The notes below the pieces were generated by a model. It had not been told where the DNA came from and searched no databases. It saw only the letters and a program-made list of their open reading frames with translations. Made by a program: the position numbers and the translations under genes. This document shows positions 10,262 to 20,105 of a DNA stretch of 64,000 nucleotides, one piece after another. Source of the stretch: an uncultured Clostridia bacterium (GTDB lineage Bacteria; Bacillota; Clostridia; TANB77; CAG-508); the NCBI GenBank assembly GCA_947585105.1, contig CANPWV010000002.1, forward strand, positions 1,446-65,445, read 5' to 3'. Numbering within the stretch: position 1 is the stretch's first letter; every line of letters begins with the position of its first letter.

Positions 10262-10957
10262 CTATTTCAATAAAATCTTCAAGAAAATGTTGTTGTTATA
10301 GAAGTTTCCGCATATTTTAGAATTGTTTATTGCTGCAATTATACCTGTGTTTGCCATAAGTGGTGAGAAAAGCGATAATACTGCTAAAATAAGATAAATA
10401 ATTAAATACGCTCTTAAAATTCCATAAGCAATTCCACCAACTTTATCAATAGAATGAATAAATGGAAGCTCTGTAATGAAGAATAAAACTGCTCTTAAAA
10501 ATATTGTTAAAAGCCTTACAACAACAAAAAGTAAAATAAGAACAATAGCTGAAATTACGATATAAGCTAATTTATCAGCTATATATTTTGAAACATCTGT
10601 AACAGAATTTTTTTCAGCTTCTTCTATATAACTATTAATTTTATCAGCAATCGGCTTTGCGATATTAGTTTTATCAGTATTAATCTTTCCACTTTGATCA
10701 ATCTGATTTTCAATAAAATCACCAATAGAATTTTTGATGTGCTTTGAAAAGAATTCATCAATATTTGTTTTATCATAAATTAAGCTTGTTACTGGCTTGC
10801 AAAGGGCTATAACAGCCACAAAAGTAATTACCAAACAAATTAAATTAAACGCTAAAAGTGTTAAACCTCTTCTATAAGCTAAAGAAATACTGATTACAAA
10901 CACTAATACAAGAGCAATATCAGCAATTACAGCGCCAACTGAAACAAAATCAATCAT
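10262..10957 (-). CDS. CvpA-family membrane protein
   Basis: 231 aa; N-terminal DFVSVGAVIADIALVLVF.. and multiple TM helices are typical of the colicin V production (CvpA) family. Confidence 0.55.
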   Translation of the reverse strand: MIDFVSVGAVIADIALVLVFVISISLAYRRGLTLLAFNLICLVITFVAVIALCKPVTSLIYDKTNIDEFFSKHIKNSIGDFIENQIDQSGKINTDKTNIAKPIADKINSYIEEAEKNSVTDVSKYIADKLAYIVISAIVLILLFVVVRLLTIFLRAVLFFITELPFIHSIDKVGGIAYGILRAYLIIYLILAVLSLFSPLMANTGIIAAINNSKICGNFYNNNIFLKILLK

Positions 10958-10966
10958 AAAAACCTC

Positions 10967-12097
10967 CTATAAACTAATTAATTCAATTTTATCTTTATAA
11001 ACAATTCCGCAAACATGACTTCCAAGAATAATATCTTTTATTTGTTGAGTTGAAATATAATATTTCTTTAAAGTTCCGTTTTTATTAACAATATAAGCTT
11101 GACTTCCATAATTTAGAACAATAAAATTTCCTTTTGCTATCGTAGTTTTTGGCAAACCATTATTTAAAATATAAATATTTTTTCCAGATGAAGTCGTTGA
11201 TTTTAAATTCAAACTATATTCATAAGAAAACAATCCTGAAGATTCGCCTTCTATTACTGCTAAAGTATTTTTCATATCAATATTTACAAAAGGATTATTA
11301 TCTGTTATATCACAAATTTTCTTACTACTATTTGGTTCAACTTTGTACACAGATCCTGAAAAACTACAAATAGCAATGTCTTTATCACTATAACAAATAT
11401 TTGTTAAAATTTCATTGTCTGGACTATTGAATTTATAAACATTTTTAGCTGTTTTCATATCTACAATGTCTACAATTGACTTAATAACTGTTCCACTATA
11501 ATCAATTTCTCCAACAGCGATATAATTATTTGTATCAGAGATATAAGAGCAAATCGCATAAGTTGAATTGAAAAATGTCTTAAACAATTCATTATTATCA
11601 TTATCATAAACAATTAAAATTGAATTATAAGTAGAGTTTGAAGCAATTATTGAAATATAGCCATTTTTATTAATTGAAATTTTAGATATTTTTCCATCTA
11701 TTTTTCCTTGAAATAAAAGGCTTGTAGAGTTTATGACATAAAATTTACTTCCGTTTTCTTCAGCTATAACCGCAAATTTTTCATTTGTATCAATAATTGG
11801 ATTTGAAATACTCATAGATAATGAATTTTCTTCGACTCCTTTATTATTGTATATTGTCAATCTATTTTTAGCAATAATTCCAATATGAGTATCAAAAGCA
11901 AAATATGAAGGATTATCATCAGAATTAATTTCAATGAAATCTAAGCTATTTTCAAAAACTTGCTTTCCGAAAACTTTTATATCAATAAAATCTCTAAAAT
12001 TTTTATCTGTCATGTATCTAGCGACTACTAACACAACAACTATGATAATAATAGATATAATTATTATTTTTATCTTAGAACTCTTTTTATTTTCCAA
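10967..12097 (-). CDS. Membrane-anchored repeat protein (DUF5711-like)
   Basis: One N-terminal TM anchor followed by a beta-rich repetitive ectodomain. The family call is from memory of similar proteins next to cvpA. Confidence 0.35.
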   Translation of the reverse strand: MENKKSSKIKIIIISIIIIVVVLVVARYMTDKNFRDFIDIKVFGKQVFENSLDFIEINSDDNPSYFAFDTHIGIIAKNRLTIYNNKGVEENSLSMSISNPIIDTNEKFAVIAEENGSKFYVINSTSLLFQGKIDGKISKISINKNGYISIIASNSTYNSILIVYDNDNNELFKTFFNSTYAICSYISDTNNYIAVGEIDYSGTVIKSIVDIVDMKTAKNVYKFNSPDNEILTNICYSDKDIAICSFSGSVYKVEPNSSKKICDITDNNPFVNIDMKNTLAVIEGESSGLFSYEYSLNLKSTTSSGKNIYILNNGLPKTTIAKGNFIVLNYGSQAYIVNKNGTLKKYYISTQQIKDIILGSHVCGIVYKDKIELISL

Positions 12098-12201
12098 AGT
12101 TTAGTCCTTATAGTTAAATTTAGATTTTCAAAAAATCTATAAAATTTTCAATAATAATATATCAATTAAATTAGTTTTTTGCAATAATTTTATGAAATTA
12201 A

Positions 12202-12230
12202 TTGACAAAATTGTCAACTCGACTTATAAT
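12202..12230 (+). promoter_or_regulatory. Sigma-A type promoter for tRNA-Arg
   Basis: TTGACA (12202-12207), 17 nt spacer, TATAAT (12225-12230), about 18 nt upstream of the tRNA. Confidence 0.65.
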
Positions 12231-12247
12231 AAATAAGTATTGAAATT

Positions 12248-12324
12248 GCACCAGTAGCTTAGCTGGATAGAGCACTCGGCTACGAACCGAGAGGTCGGGA
12301 GTTCGAATCTCTTCTGGTGCACCA
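12248..12324 (+). tRNA. tRNA-Arg (anticodon ACG)
   Basis: Cloverleaf readable: acceptor GCACCAG/CTGGTGC, anticodon stem CTCGG/CCGAG, loop CTACGAA, encoded CCA end. Confidence 0.9.
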
Positions 12325-12357
12325 AAAAATCAGAAGTCGTGTAGCTTCTGATTTTTT
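12325..12357 (+). terminator. Rho-independent terminator after tRNA-Arg
   Basis: aaaaatcagaag-tcgtgtag-cttctgattttt followed by a T-run. Confidence 0.7.
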
Positions 12358-12373
12358 ATATAATTAAAATATT

Positions 12374-13325
12374 TTATCTTTCATCATCTTCAATGTCTTT
12401 ATCATTTGATTTTATTCGTTTTGTTTCTTTAAAATCTTCACGAGTTTTTCCATCTAAAACTTGTTTTAACTCTGATAATAATTGTTCATTTTCTTTCTTA
12501 CTTTCGCTAATACTTATATTTTGTTCTCTTGTAACTTTTAATTTTCTCATTATATTTTGGAAACCATTATAACTCTTTTCGCCTGTTTCTAAATCTAGCC
12601 CAAGCGATTTTATATAAGCTTGTTTAAATTGTTGTTCATCTGAACTCCAAGCCGCTTTAATAATTGACTTTTCATCCATTTTTTCTGCTAACATATATAT
12701 TGCTTTTGTTTCTGATTGATATGTTAATAATTCATCAGGATTTTTTCCTTCAATTCTACTTGAAATATAATTTACTATTGCTTCAACATTGTTGTTATTT
12801 CCACCAATTAGTCTATATTCTCCGATCTTTGAAAAATATATTTTCTCCAGTTACAGAAAAAATATGATTTTCTCCTATACCATACCTATCTTTTACAGTA
12901 TATAATGAATGAGTTAATTCATGAAGTAAAGTTGTTTTAATCATTGATCTTTTTTGAGCAACATTTTGTAATAATTTCTTTTTATCTTCTTCTATAAATA
13001 AGTCCCAAAATTTTCTATCATATTCAGATAATTCTAAATCTGACTCATTAAAATAAATCGAAATCTCATTTAAATCAGTATTATCTTTAACTCTTCCTTT
13101 ATATTCTCCAAGCTCTCCATTTCGCGTTTCTTCTGGACCTTTAAATGTTATTTTATCTAAATTTTCTTCTAACCTTTTAAATACGTCTTCTACCGGAATA
13201 ACATCACCATATAATTTTATATGTCCTTCTATAAATTCAGTTATACATTCTTTTATAAAAGGATTATTAAAATTTTTACTTTCGCAAAATTCATTTATTC
13301 TGTTTTTTAACTCTTGTTTCTCCAT
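12374..13325 (-). CDS. HExxH-motif protein (putative metallopeptidase-like), interrupted by one CGGA +1 site
   Basis: Fragments 12813..13325 and 12374..12694 join through an open frame as ..GENIFFKD|c|GEYRLIGGNNNNVEAIVNYISS... HELTH motif present. Length minus 1 nt is 317 codons. Confidence 0.5.
12821..12824 (-). other. Candidate +1 recoding site (sense CGGA) in the HExxH protein
   Basis: Zero frame reads GAT CGG AGA ATA TAG. Skipping the C gives GAT GGA GAA TAT AGA CTA ATT GGT GGA, which stays open into the downstream fragment. Confidence 0.55.
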
Positions 13326-13395
13326 ACATTTTCTCCAAAAATATTTTTACCAGTGTATCATATATTTTTATTTTTTTCAACAAGATAATAATCGT

Positions 13396-13431
13396 AAAAA
13401 AAATAACTTGTCCGAAGACAAGTTATTTTTT
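13396..13431 (-). terminator. Rho-independent terminator after the first VirB2-like gene
   Basis: aaaaaataacttgtc-cgaa-gacaagttatttttt. Confidence 0.65.
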
Positions 13432-13455
13432 ATCATATTATGTACTATAACTATA

Positions 13456-13875
13456 TTATTTAGCTTTAATATTAGTTGTAGCAAAGTTCTTGATAATTTG
13501 AAGAATTCCTGAAGCTGCAAATAATATAATTGAACCAACTATATAAATTGTAGCATTTTTCTTGATTTCTGCTTTTCCTTCTGGAGATGCTGAAATATAT
13601 TGAATAGCTAAAACTATCAACATAATAATAGCAACACCAACACCAACAACTTGAACAATACTTATGATAGAACCAATAATACGTGATACTGAACTTGAAG
13701 CACCACTTTCGTCTTTGTGACTATCAAATTGTGTTAAATCAGTTGGATCAGCATTAGGAATATACTTATCTTGTTGACCACCTGCTGTAGCTAAAGCTGG
13801 TTGTGCTACCATTATTGCTACTAATGAGATTAACATTAAAGCTACAAGTATTTTCATAATTTTGTTAAGTTTCAT
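13456..13875 (-). CDS. Secreted two-TM small membrane protein, VirB2/TrbC pilin-like topology (paralog 1)
   Basis: Signal peptide (..AQPALA|TAGG), hydrophilic linker, then two hydrophobic helices (IIGSIISIVQVVGVGVAIIMLIVLAIQYI and TIYIVGSIILFAASGILQIIKNF). Confidence 0.45.
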   Translation of the reverse strand: MKLNKIMKILVALMLISLVAIMVAQPALATAGGQQDKYIPNADPTDLTQFDSHKDESGASSSVSRIIGSIISIVQVVGVGVAIIMLIVLAIQYISASPEGKAEIKKNATIYIVGSIILFAASGILQIIKNFATTNIKAK

Positions 13876-14003
13876 AAAATCTCCTCCTTTTTTATTATAA
13901 TACTTATTATATCTAAAATATAACGACTTATAAATATATTGTACTTTAAATTTTCGAATTTGTAAAGTCTTTTACAAAAATTTCTTTTTTTATTTGTATT
14001 TAC

Positions 14004-14408
14004 TTAATTTGTTGTATTTGAATTAGCTACAACATTTGTCTTTGTAAAATTCTTTATAATCTGTAATATTCCAACAGCAGCAAATATAAAAATTGCTCCC
14101 ATTATATAATATCTAGCTGATTTAGCAACTTGAGCTTTTACGGTTGGCATAGACGCAGAACTAATCCATCTAATTCCTAAAACTATTAGCATTATTATTG
14201 CAACTCCAACACCAACAACTTGAATAATATTAATTATAGTTCCTATAATACTACTAATTTTATTTGTTGCTTCACTCTTATCACCTGTATTAGAAAATTT
14301 TGTTGATATGTCATAATTTAAAGCAAATGAATTTCCAGCAAACATCATAATTAAAATTATAGCTAATAAAATTCCAATTACTATTTTAAAAATTGTATTT
14401 TTTGTCAT
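14004..14408 (-). CDS. Secreted two-TM small membrane protein, VirB2/TrbC pilin-like topology (paralog 2)
   Basis: Shares IIG(S/T)II(S/N)I(V/I)QVVGVGVAIIMLIVL and ...GILQIIKNF with the neighbouring gene. Confidence 0.45.
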   Translation of the reverse strand: MTKNTIFKIVIGILLAIILIMMFAGNSFALNYDISTKFSNTGDKSEATNKISSIIGTIINIIQVVGVGVAIIMLIVLGIRWISSASMPTVKAQVAKSARYYIMGAIFIFAAVGILQIIKNFTKTNVVANSNTTN

Positions 14409-14531
14409 ATTTTGACCTCCTAAATCTTTAGAAAATTCTCATATTTTTCTAAAATTCGAATACACTATTAATATAATTTTAACTCAAAATAAATGATTTG
14501 TAAATATTTTACAAAAATTTAGTTAAATTGC

Positions 14532-14560
14532 TTGACATTAATGTAATTCCGTAATATAAT
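14532..14560 (+). promoter_or_regulatory. Sigma-A type promoter for tRNA-fMet
   Basis: TTGACA (14532-14537), 17 nt spacer, TATAAT (14555-14560). Confidence 0.65.
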
Positions 14561-14574
14561 TATTATGTTACTAT

Positions 14575-14650
14575 CGCGGGGTGGAGCAGTTGGCAGCTCG
14601 TTGGGCTCATAACCCAAAGGTCGTAAGTTCGAGTCTTACCTCCGCAACCA
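14575..14650 (+). tRNA. Initiator tRNA-fMet (anticodon CAT)
   Basis: CGCGGGG... acceptor with a C1xA72 mismatch, three consecutive G-C pairs closing the anticodon stem (GGG/CCC), loop CTCATAA, encoded CCA. Confidence 0.9.
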
Positions 14651-14652
14651 TG

Positions 14653-14697
14653 AAAAAAGGTTTGCAAAAATTATTTTGCAAACCTTTTTCTTTTTTA
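14653..14697 (+). terminator. Rho-independent terminator after tRNA-fMet
   Basis: aaaaaggtttgcaaaa-attat-tttgcaaaccttttt plus a T-run. Confidence 0.7.
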
Positions 14698-14764
14698 TTT
14701 TTAATCTTTCTCAAAAAATCCCATTTAAAAAATAAAATTATTAATTAAAATAATAGGAGGAAAA

Positions 14765-15598
14765 ATGAATAATATTAATTTAATAAAAAATACTGAAAAT
14801 ACATTTGAAAAAATAAAACACATTGATGAAAATGGAGTAGAATATTGGTACGCCAGAGAACTTATGAAAGTTTTAAATTATAAAGACTGGAGATATTTTG
14901 ATGCAGTAATTAAAAAAGCAAAAATATCATGTAGAACCTCTGGCACTACTGAGCTTGACCATTTTGTTGTCAACAACAAAATGGTTCAAATTGGCTCAAA
15001 CGCCAAAAGGAAACAAAAAGACTATAAATTAACAAGATATGCTTGTTATCTTATAGCTCAAAATGCAAATCCTAAATTAAAAATTGTAGCTTTAGCCCAA
15101 ACATACTTTGCAGTTCAAACTAGAAAACAAGAAATAAGTGAAAAAGATTATAATTCATTAACAGAAGACGAAAAAAGATTTTATCAAAGAGACTTAACTC
15201 GAAAAGGAAATTATTCCCTTAATAAAACCGCAAAAGAGGCCGGTGTAAAAAATTTTGATAAATTTCATAATTCAGGTTATAAAGGTTTATATAATGGAGA
15301 AACAGCTAATGATATTGCAAAAAGAAAAGGATTAAGATATAGAGAAGATATTTTAGATAATATGGGAAGTGATGAGTTAATTGCAAATTTGTTCAGAATT
15401 TCTCAAACAGAGCAAAAGTTAAAAAAAGATAATGTTCAAAATGAAAATGAAGCTAACAAAGCTCATTACAATATCGGGAAAAATATTAGAGAGGTTATTG
15501 AAAAAAATGGTGGAACTATGCCTGAAAACTTGCCAACTCCCAAAAAAAGCATTAAAGAATTAGAAAAAGAAAAAACATTAAATAAAAAACTAACTTAA
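14765..15598 (+). CDS. dinD: DNA damage-inducible protein D
   Basis: Collinear with E. coli DinD as I remember it (..YWYARELMKVLNY.., ..IGSNAKR...L(T/S)RYACYL.., QTYFAVQTR.QE, ..HMGS.EL.ANLFR..QTE.KLK.., GGTMPE.LPTP). Confidence 0.8.
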   Translation: MNNINLIKNTENTFEKIKHIDENGVEYWYARELMKVLNYKDWRYFDAVIKKAKISCRTSGTTELDHFVVNNKMVQIGSNAKRKQKDYKLTRYACYLIAQNANPKLKIVALAQTYFAVQTRKQEISEKDYNSLTEDEKRFYQRDLTRKGNYSLNKTAKEAGVKNFDKFHNSGYKGLYNGETANDIAKRKGLRYREDILDNMGSDELIANLFRISQTEQKLKKDNVQNENEANKAHYNIGKNIREVIEKNGGTMPENLPTPKKSIKELEKEKTLNKKLT

Positions 15599-15721
15599 CC
15601 ATTTTATTAAACATAATAAATTGATCAAACTAGCCAAAAATATAATAAAAAATAGATGTAAGCAAAATATTGACATTTTGTTTACATCTATTTATAATAT
15701 AAAATATTCTTATTAATTTTT

Positions 15722-16984
15722 TTATTTTTTCCTCAATTTTGTATTTATTATTAAAGCTACTACAAAAAGAATTACAATCGCTATTACAATAAATATCACA
15801 AAAGTGTAGTCTCTCTTTACTTCACTATTTGCAACCAAGTCTGTTGTGTACTCTTTTCCATTAATCTCATAAGTTATAGTTCCAAGCTTTTCGCCCTTTT
15901 TAATTGGCGCTGACAATTCGTCTTTAATTTCAACTTTTGATTCTAACTTACTTATATCAATATTATTTGGAATGAAATCAGAAACAGTTTCTTTAGCTAT
16001 AATATCTAAATATTTTGTTTCGTTTGTAGCGTTTTTAACGTTTACACTATCTACAATTGAACCTTTATCAATTATATCTCTAGTACTAAAATTATTTTCT
16101 CCAAACTCTAAAACCGCTTTTCCATCAATAAACCTTTGATTTGAGCTTGAAGAAGAATTTCCAGCTTTAAGAGTAACACATACTATCTCTTCCCCGTTAT
16201 CCGTTTTAAGCCATGAAACTAAACAATTTCCAGCTTCTTTTGTATAACCTGTTTTTACCCCTATTACATTTTCCATATAATATTTACTAGATGGATTTAT
16301 CAAAGCATTAGTATTTTTCATTATTCTATCATTTTTTGTGTACAAATCAGTAGCTGGTAATTCGTATTCAACAGTTGAAACAATTTTTCTAAACTCTTCA
16401 TTTTTCATACAGTAAACAGCTATTTTTGCTAAATCTTCAGCTGTAGTATAGTGATTTTCATCGTGCATCCCATTAGTATTTACAAAATGAGTATTTTTAC
16501 AGCCTATTTCTTTTGCCTTTTCATTCATAAGTTTTGCAAATTCTTCTATTGTTCCTGAAACATCTTCTCCAAGAACATTTGCAGCTTCGTTTGCTGAATT
16601 TAACATCAAAGCATATAACAAATCTTCTACACTCATTTTTTCACCTGGTACAAGTTTTGCGTTAGTATAGCCAACTGGAACTAGAGCTACAGCGTTTTTA
16701 CTTACTTCAGCCATTTCATCTAATTTACAATTTTCAATTGTTAAAATCGCAGTCATTATTTTTGTTGTACTCGCTGGATAAAGCTTTTTCGTAGAATTTT
16801 TACTATATAAAATATTTCCACTATTTACTTCCATCATAAACCCAGCTTCTGATACGATTTCAGGTTCTTCTAGCTCATAAGTTTCGTTATTTGGAACAAC
16901 ATCGTCTGAAGTTCCAAATACTGGCAAGCAAACATTTAACAAAATTATTAATATTAAAATTATTTTAAAAACTTTTGATTTCAT
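15722..16984 (-). CDS. Serine-type D-Ala-D-Ala carboxypeptidase (peptidase S11, PBP5/DacB-like)
   Basis: Signal peptide, SxxK (ASTTKIMT), SxN (NSANEA), KTG (VKTGYT), C-terminal membrane anchor. Confidence 0.85.
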   Translation of the reverse strand: MKSKVFKIILILIILLNVCLPVFGTSDDVVPNNETYELEEPEIVSEAGFMMEVNSGNILYSKNSTKKLYPASTTKIMTAILTIENCKLDEMAEVSKNAVALVPVGYTNAKLVPGEKMSVEDLLYALMLNSANEAANVLGEDVSGTIEEFAKLMNEKAKEIGCKNTHFVNTNGMHDENHYTTAEDLAKIAVYCMKNEEFRKIVSTVEYELPATDLYTKNDRIMKNTNALINPSSKYYMENVIGVKTGYTKEAGNCLVSWLKTDNGEEIVCVTLKAGNSSSSSNQRFIDGKAVLEFGENNFSTRDIIDKGSIVDSVNVKNATNETKYLDIIAKETVSDFIPNNIDISKLESKVEIKDELSAPIKKGEKLGTITYEINGKEYTTDLVANSEVKRDYTFVIFIVIAIVILFVVALIINTKLRKK

Positions 16985-17073
16985 TTGATTTCCCTTTCCT
17001 AAAAACTAAAACAAATATACAACAAAATAAAGTTTATTTCAATAGAAAATTTATTAAAAAGGAGTAAAAAAAT

Positions 17074-17669
17074 ATGAAAATAGATAAAAAGAAAATTATA
17101 TTAGTTTTGGCAATATTAACTATTGCCTTATTAATCATTATTTCATCCATATCAAAAAAGAATGATACCTCAAATGATTTTTCATTTAATGATGTAACAA
17201 AAGAAAATACAACCGAGATTATAAAAGAAGAAGCCTCAAAAATTGAAAAAATAAAAATTCATATAGCTGGAGAAGTAAATTCTCCCGGTCTTATTGAACT
17301 AGAAAGTGGCGCTAGAATAGCTGATGCAATTGAACTTGCTGGAGGCCTAACAGAAAACGCAGATATTTCAAAAACAAATCTTGCTTATATTTTATCAGAT
17401 GGCGAAAAAATTTATATTCCAAATTTCAATGATGACATATCCACAGATAATGAACAAAGCTTAAATTCTAGTTCAAAAATAAATATTAATACTGGAAATT
17501 TAGAAGAGCTTCAAAAAATTCCTCGGAGTTGGCGAATCTACAGCAAATTCAATAATCGAATACAGATCTAAAAATCGGAAAATTCACATCAATTGAAGAT
17601 ATTCAAAATGTTTCTGGAATCGGTCCAAGCAAATTTGAAAAAATGAAAGATTTTATTACAACAAAATAA
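17074..17669 (+). CDS. comEA: ComEA family DNA-binding protein, interrupted by two CGGA +1 sites
   Basis: N-terminal TM, SLBB-like region (IHIAGEVNSPGLIELESGARIADAIELAGG). The HhH region is restored only by skipping a C at 17524 and at 17576: ..LEELQKIP|c|GVGESTANSIIEYRSKN|c|GKFTSIEDIQNVSGIGPSKFEKMKDFITTK*. Length minus 2 nt is 198 codons. Confidence 0.8.
17524..17527 (+). other. Candidate +1 recoding site (CGGA) in comEA, site 1
   Basis: CCT CGG AGT TGG in the zero frame; CCT [C] GGA GTT GGC GAA gives P GVGE of the helix-hairpin-helix motif. Confidence 0.65.
17576..17579 (+). other. Candidate +1 recoding site (CGGA) in comEA, site 2
   Basis: AAT [C] GGA AAA TTC ACA TCA ATT GAA GAT gives N GKFTSIED; without the skip the frame ends in TGA after 7 codons. 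Confidence 0.65.
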
Positions 17670-17703
17670 ATCCACATATTTGTAGCAATATGTGGATAAT
17701 TTA

Positions 17704-18903
17704 CTAAAATTCTGGATCTACTAACGAGTTAATTTTTTCATACTCTCTTTTCAAAAGATTATAATCACTTTCTGATATGTATTTATTTCCTAAATCAAAC
17801 TGATCTAAAGCCTTTTTAATATCTAAAATTTTAAACTTTCGTTTACTAGCGCTAGACCTATAAGTGTATATAGGAGTATATTTTCCTGATTCTACAACAA
17901 CTTCACCAGTTCCTTTTTTTGTTATTGTCAAGTCTAAAATTATTGAGTCTCTAGTGTTTTCATAAACTTGTCCAGACATGAAATTTCCAAGAGAATAAAT
18001 AACAAAACCTTTTTCAGTATTTTCCATTCTCTGTAAAACGTGTGGATGGCTTCCTAAAATTACATTTACACCATTATCAAATAAAAGATTTGCCAAACGA
18101 ATTTGCTCACTATTTGGAGTAGTTTCATATTCTTCTCCCCAGTGCATAAAAACACAAATTATATCTGGATTTTGTTGTTTTGCTAAATTTAATCTATCTA
18201 TTATAAAATTGTCGTCAATTAAATTAATACAATATTCTCTTCCTTCAGGAATTTTATTATCATTTGTTCCATAACTAAAGCTTAAAAAAGCAACTCTCAA
18301 ACCCTTGATCTCAGCAATTGTCGTAGTATTTTGAGCCTCTTGTGATTTATATGTTCCTGTATGTAAAATTCCGTATTGATCTAGAAAATTTATTGTACTC
18401 TCAATTCCATTATAACCTGTATCTAAACTGTGATTATTAGCTGTACTTACTAAATCAACTCCCGCTTCTTTTAAAGCAATTCCAAGACTTTCAGGTGTAT
18501 TAAAATTTGGATAATTACTATAACCAACATCACTTCCAGCAAAAGTTGTTTCTAAATTTCCAACTGTAAAATCGCTTGAAGATAGCTTTTCTCTAATATC
18601 ATCAAAAACATAAGAAAAATCATAAATTCCATCTACATAAGCGTCCATATATTGAGTATTATGGCACATTATATCACCAATTACAGACAATTTTATTGTA
18701 ACATCATCTGGAATTTCTACTTCATTTTTAACACTATCTATCTCTAAAGTCTTACCATCAGCAAGTTTCTGGTCCTTTCTAGTCTTATTAAAAATCGTAT
18801 AAATAATTAAGCACACGCAGACTATAATGGCTATAACCGCCATAAATATTAGAATATTCAACATTTTTGTCATGTTACTTTGAGGACGTTCTCTCTTTGC
18901 CAT
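17704..18903 (-). CDS. CapA-family (PGA_cap metallophosphatase-like) membrane-anchored protein
   Basis: N-terminal TM, SVIGDIMCH, ANNHSLD and GSHPH motifs. Start at ATG 18903, 8 nt after AGGAGG. Confidence 0.75.
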   Translation of the reverse strand: MAKRERPQSNMTKMLNILIFMAVIAIIVCVCLIIYTIFNKTRKDQKLADGKTLEIDSVKNEVEIPDDVTIKLSVIGDIMCHNTQYMDAYVDGIYDFSYVFDDIREKLSSSDFTVGNLETTFAGSDVGYSNYPNFNTPESLGIALKEAGVDLVSTANNHSLDTGYNGIESTINFLDQYGILHTGTYKSQEAQNTTTIAEIKGLRVAFLSFSYGTNDNKIPEGREYCINLIDDNFIIDRLNLAKQQNPDIICVFMHWGEEYETTPNSEQIRLANLLFDNGVNVILGSHPHVLQRMENTEKGFVIYSLGNFMSGQVYENTRDSIILDLTITKKGTGEVVVESGKYTPIYTYRSSASKRKFKILDIKKALDQFDLGNKYISESDYNLLKREYEKINSLVDPEF

Positions 18904-19042
18904 AAGCAATTCCTCCTTTATTTATACAAAAATATTATCACATAAATATTATAATTTCAATATTTATAATAAAAAAGAACCAGCGCGAGCAATTGCCCGC
19001 GCCAGTTCTATAAATGAAGAGGGACTCTTGAAGATGTCAATT

Positions 19043-19846
19043 TTAGTTTTTCTTATTTGCTGGATTCTCCACAGTTCCTGTTTGGACATAAACAATAGTT
19101 TTCGACTCTGTAGCAACTATACGAATTTCGAAATAGCCTCTTTCCAATACTAATGGGTCATCCGAGGTTTTTACCATTTCGATTTTTGCGCTTGAAGTAT
19201 AAGCAACTAAATGTCCTGGCCATACATGAAGTTCTTCCCCTTCTTTAAGTTCATAAACATTACAATCACCAGCAGCTTCCACGAAGACATTTCCTCCAGT
19301 GACTTCTGTGAAAACACCATCTGTTTTGGAATGTATTATAATATTAGGGTTATTATTAAATTTTACTTTCATTCCTTCAACAGAATCGTCAACTGCTAAG
19401 AATCGAGTTTTAGCAATGGTAATAGTTTCTTTTTTCCCCAATGGAATTAAAACGATATTTCCATCATCGTGACTCGTGAGTGCCAAATGTGACTCTTCAT
19501 CTTTCGAACCCTTGTATAAAAACATACCAGTTCCTTCAGCGAATCTTGTTTGTACAGTATGTGCCGAATCCTCTCTCATTTTATCCCAAACGCTTGCATA
19601 TTGTTCACCTTTTGCCATTTTGGAATAATCGTTAAAATTGGTCATTTTCCTTTTTTGGATGTTGAAACTTGCCGAAGGAATAGCGCCAGGTTCTGCCAAA
19701 AAACGAAGCCGTGTTCCTCTTAAAAAGAGTGTTTGTCTGTTGACATTCATGATTTGACCGTGTACAGTTCTCCTCTTCCCGAGAGTTAATGAGTCCAATT
19801 CAAGACCAATACTCCGTGCGTACTCTCCATAAGTGCAGTAATTCAT
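19043..19846 (-). CDS. AIM24/DUF124-like protein (tentative); the true start may be internal
   Basis: C-terminal half (..GGNVFVEAAGDCNVYELKEGEELHVWPGHLVAYTSS..) resembles the AIM24 fold family. Lies in a visibly GC-richer segment. Confidence 0.35.
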   Translation of the reverse strand: MNYCTYGEYARSIGLELDSLTLGKRRTVHGQIMNVNRQTLFLRGTRLRFLAEPGAIPSASFNIQKRKMTNFNDYSKMAKGEQYASVWDKMREDSAHTVQTRFAEGTGMFLYKGSKDEESHLALTSHDDGNIVLIPLGKKETITIAKTRFLAVDDSVEGMKVKFNNNPNIIIHSKTDGVFTEVTGGNVFVEAAGDCNVYELKEGEELHVWPGHLVAYTSSAKIEMVKTSDDPLVLERGYFEIRIVATESKTIVYVQTGTVENPANKKN

Positions 19847-20105
19847 TTGTAAGCCTCCTTTAAAAGTACTAAAATATTATAAAATTGCTTCCGCATCATT
19901 TTAAGAAAATTTTCATTTTCTTAAAATAGACATTTTTATTATATCACATTTTATGTAAATTGTAAAGAAAAATTCTTTAAACAAAAGGTTTATCGCCATT
20001 TAAAAACACCTAAAATTGACTATTATATTAAAAAATGTTATAATATATTCGTCATACGTAGAAAAAATGATCAAATTAGCCCTGTTGGGCGAAGGAGGAT
20101 TAAAA

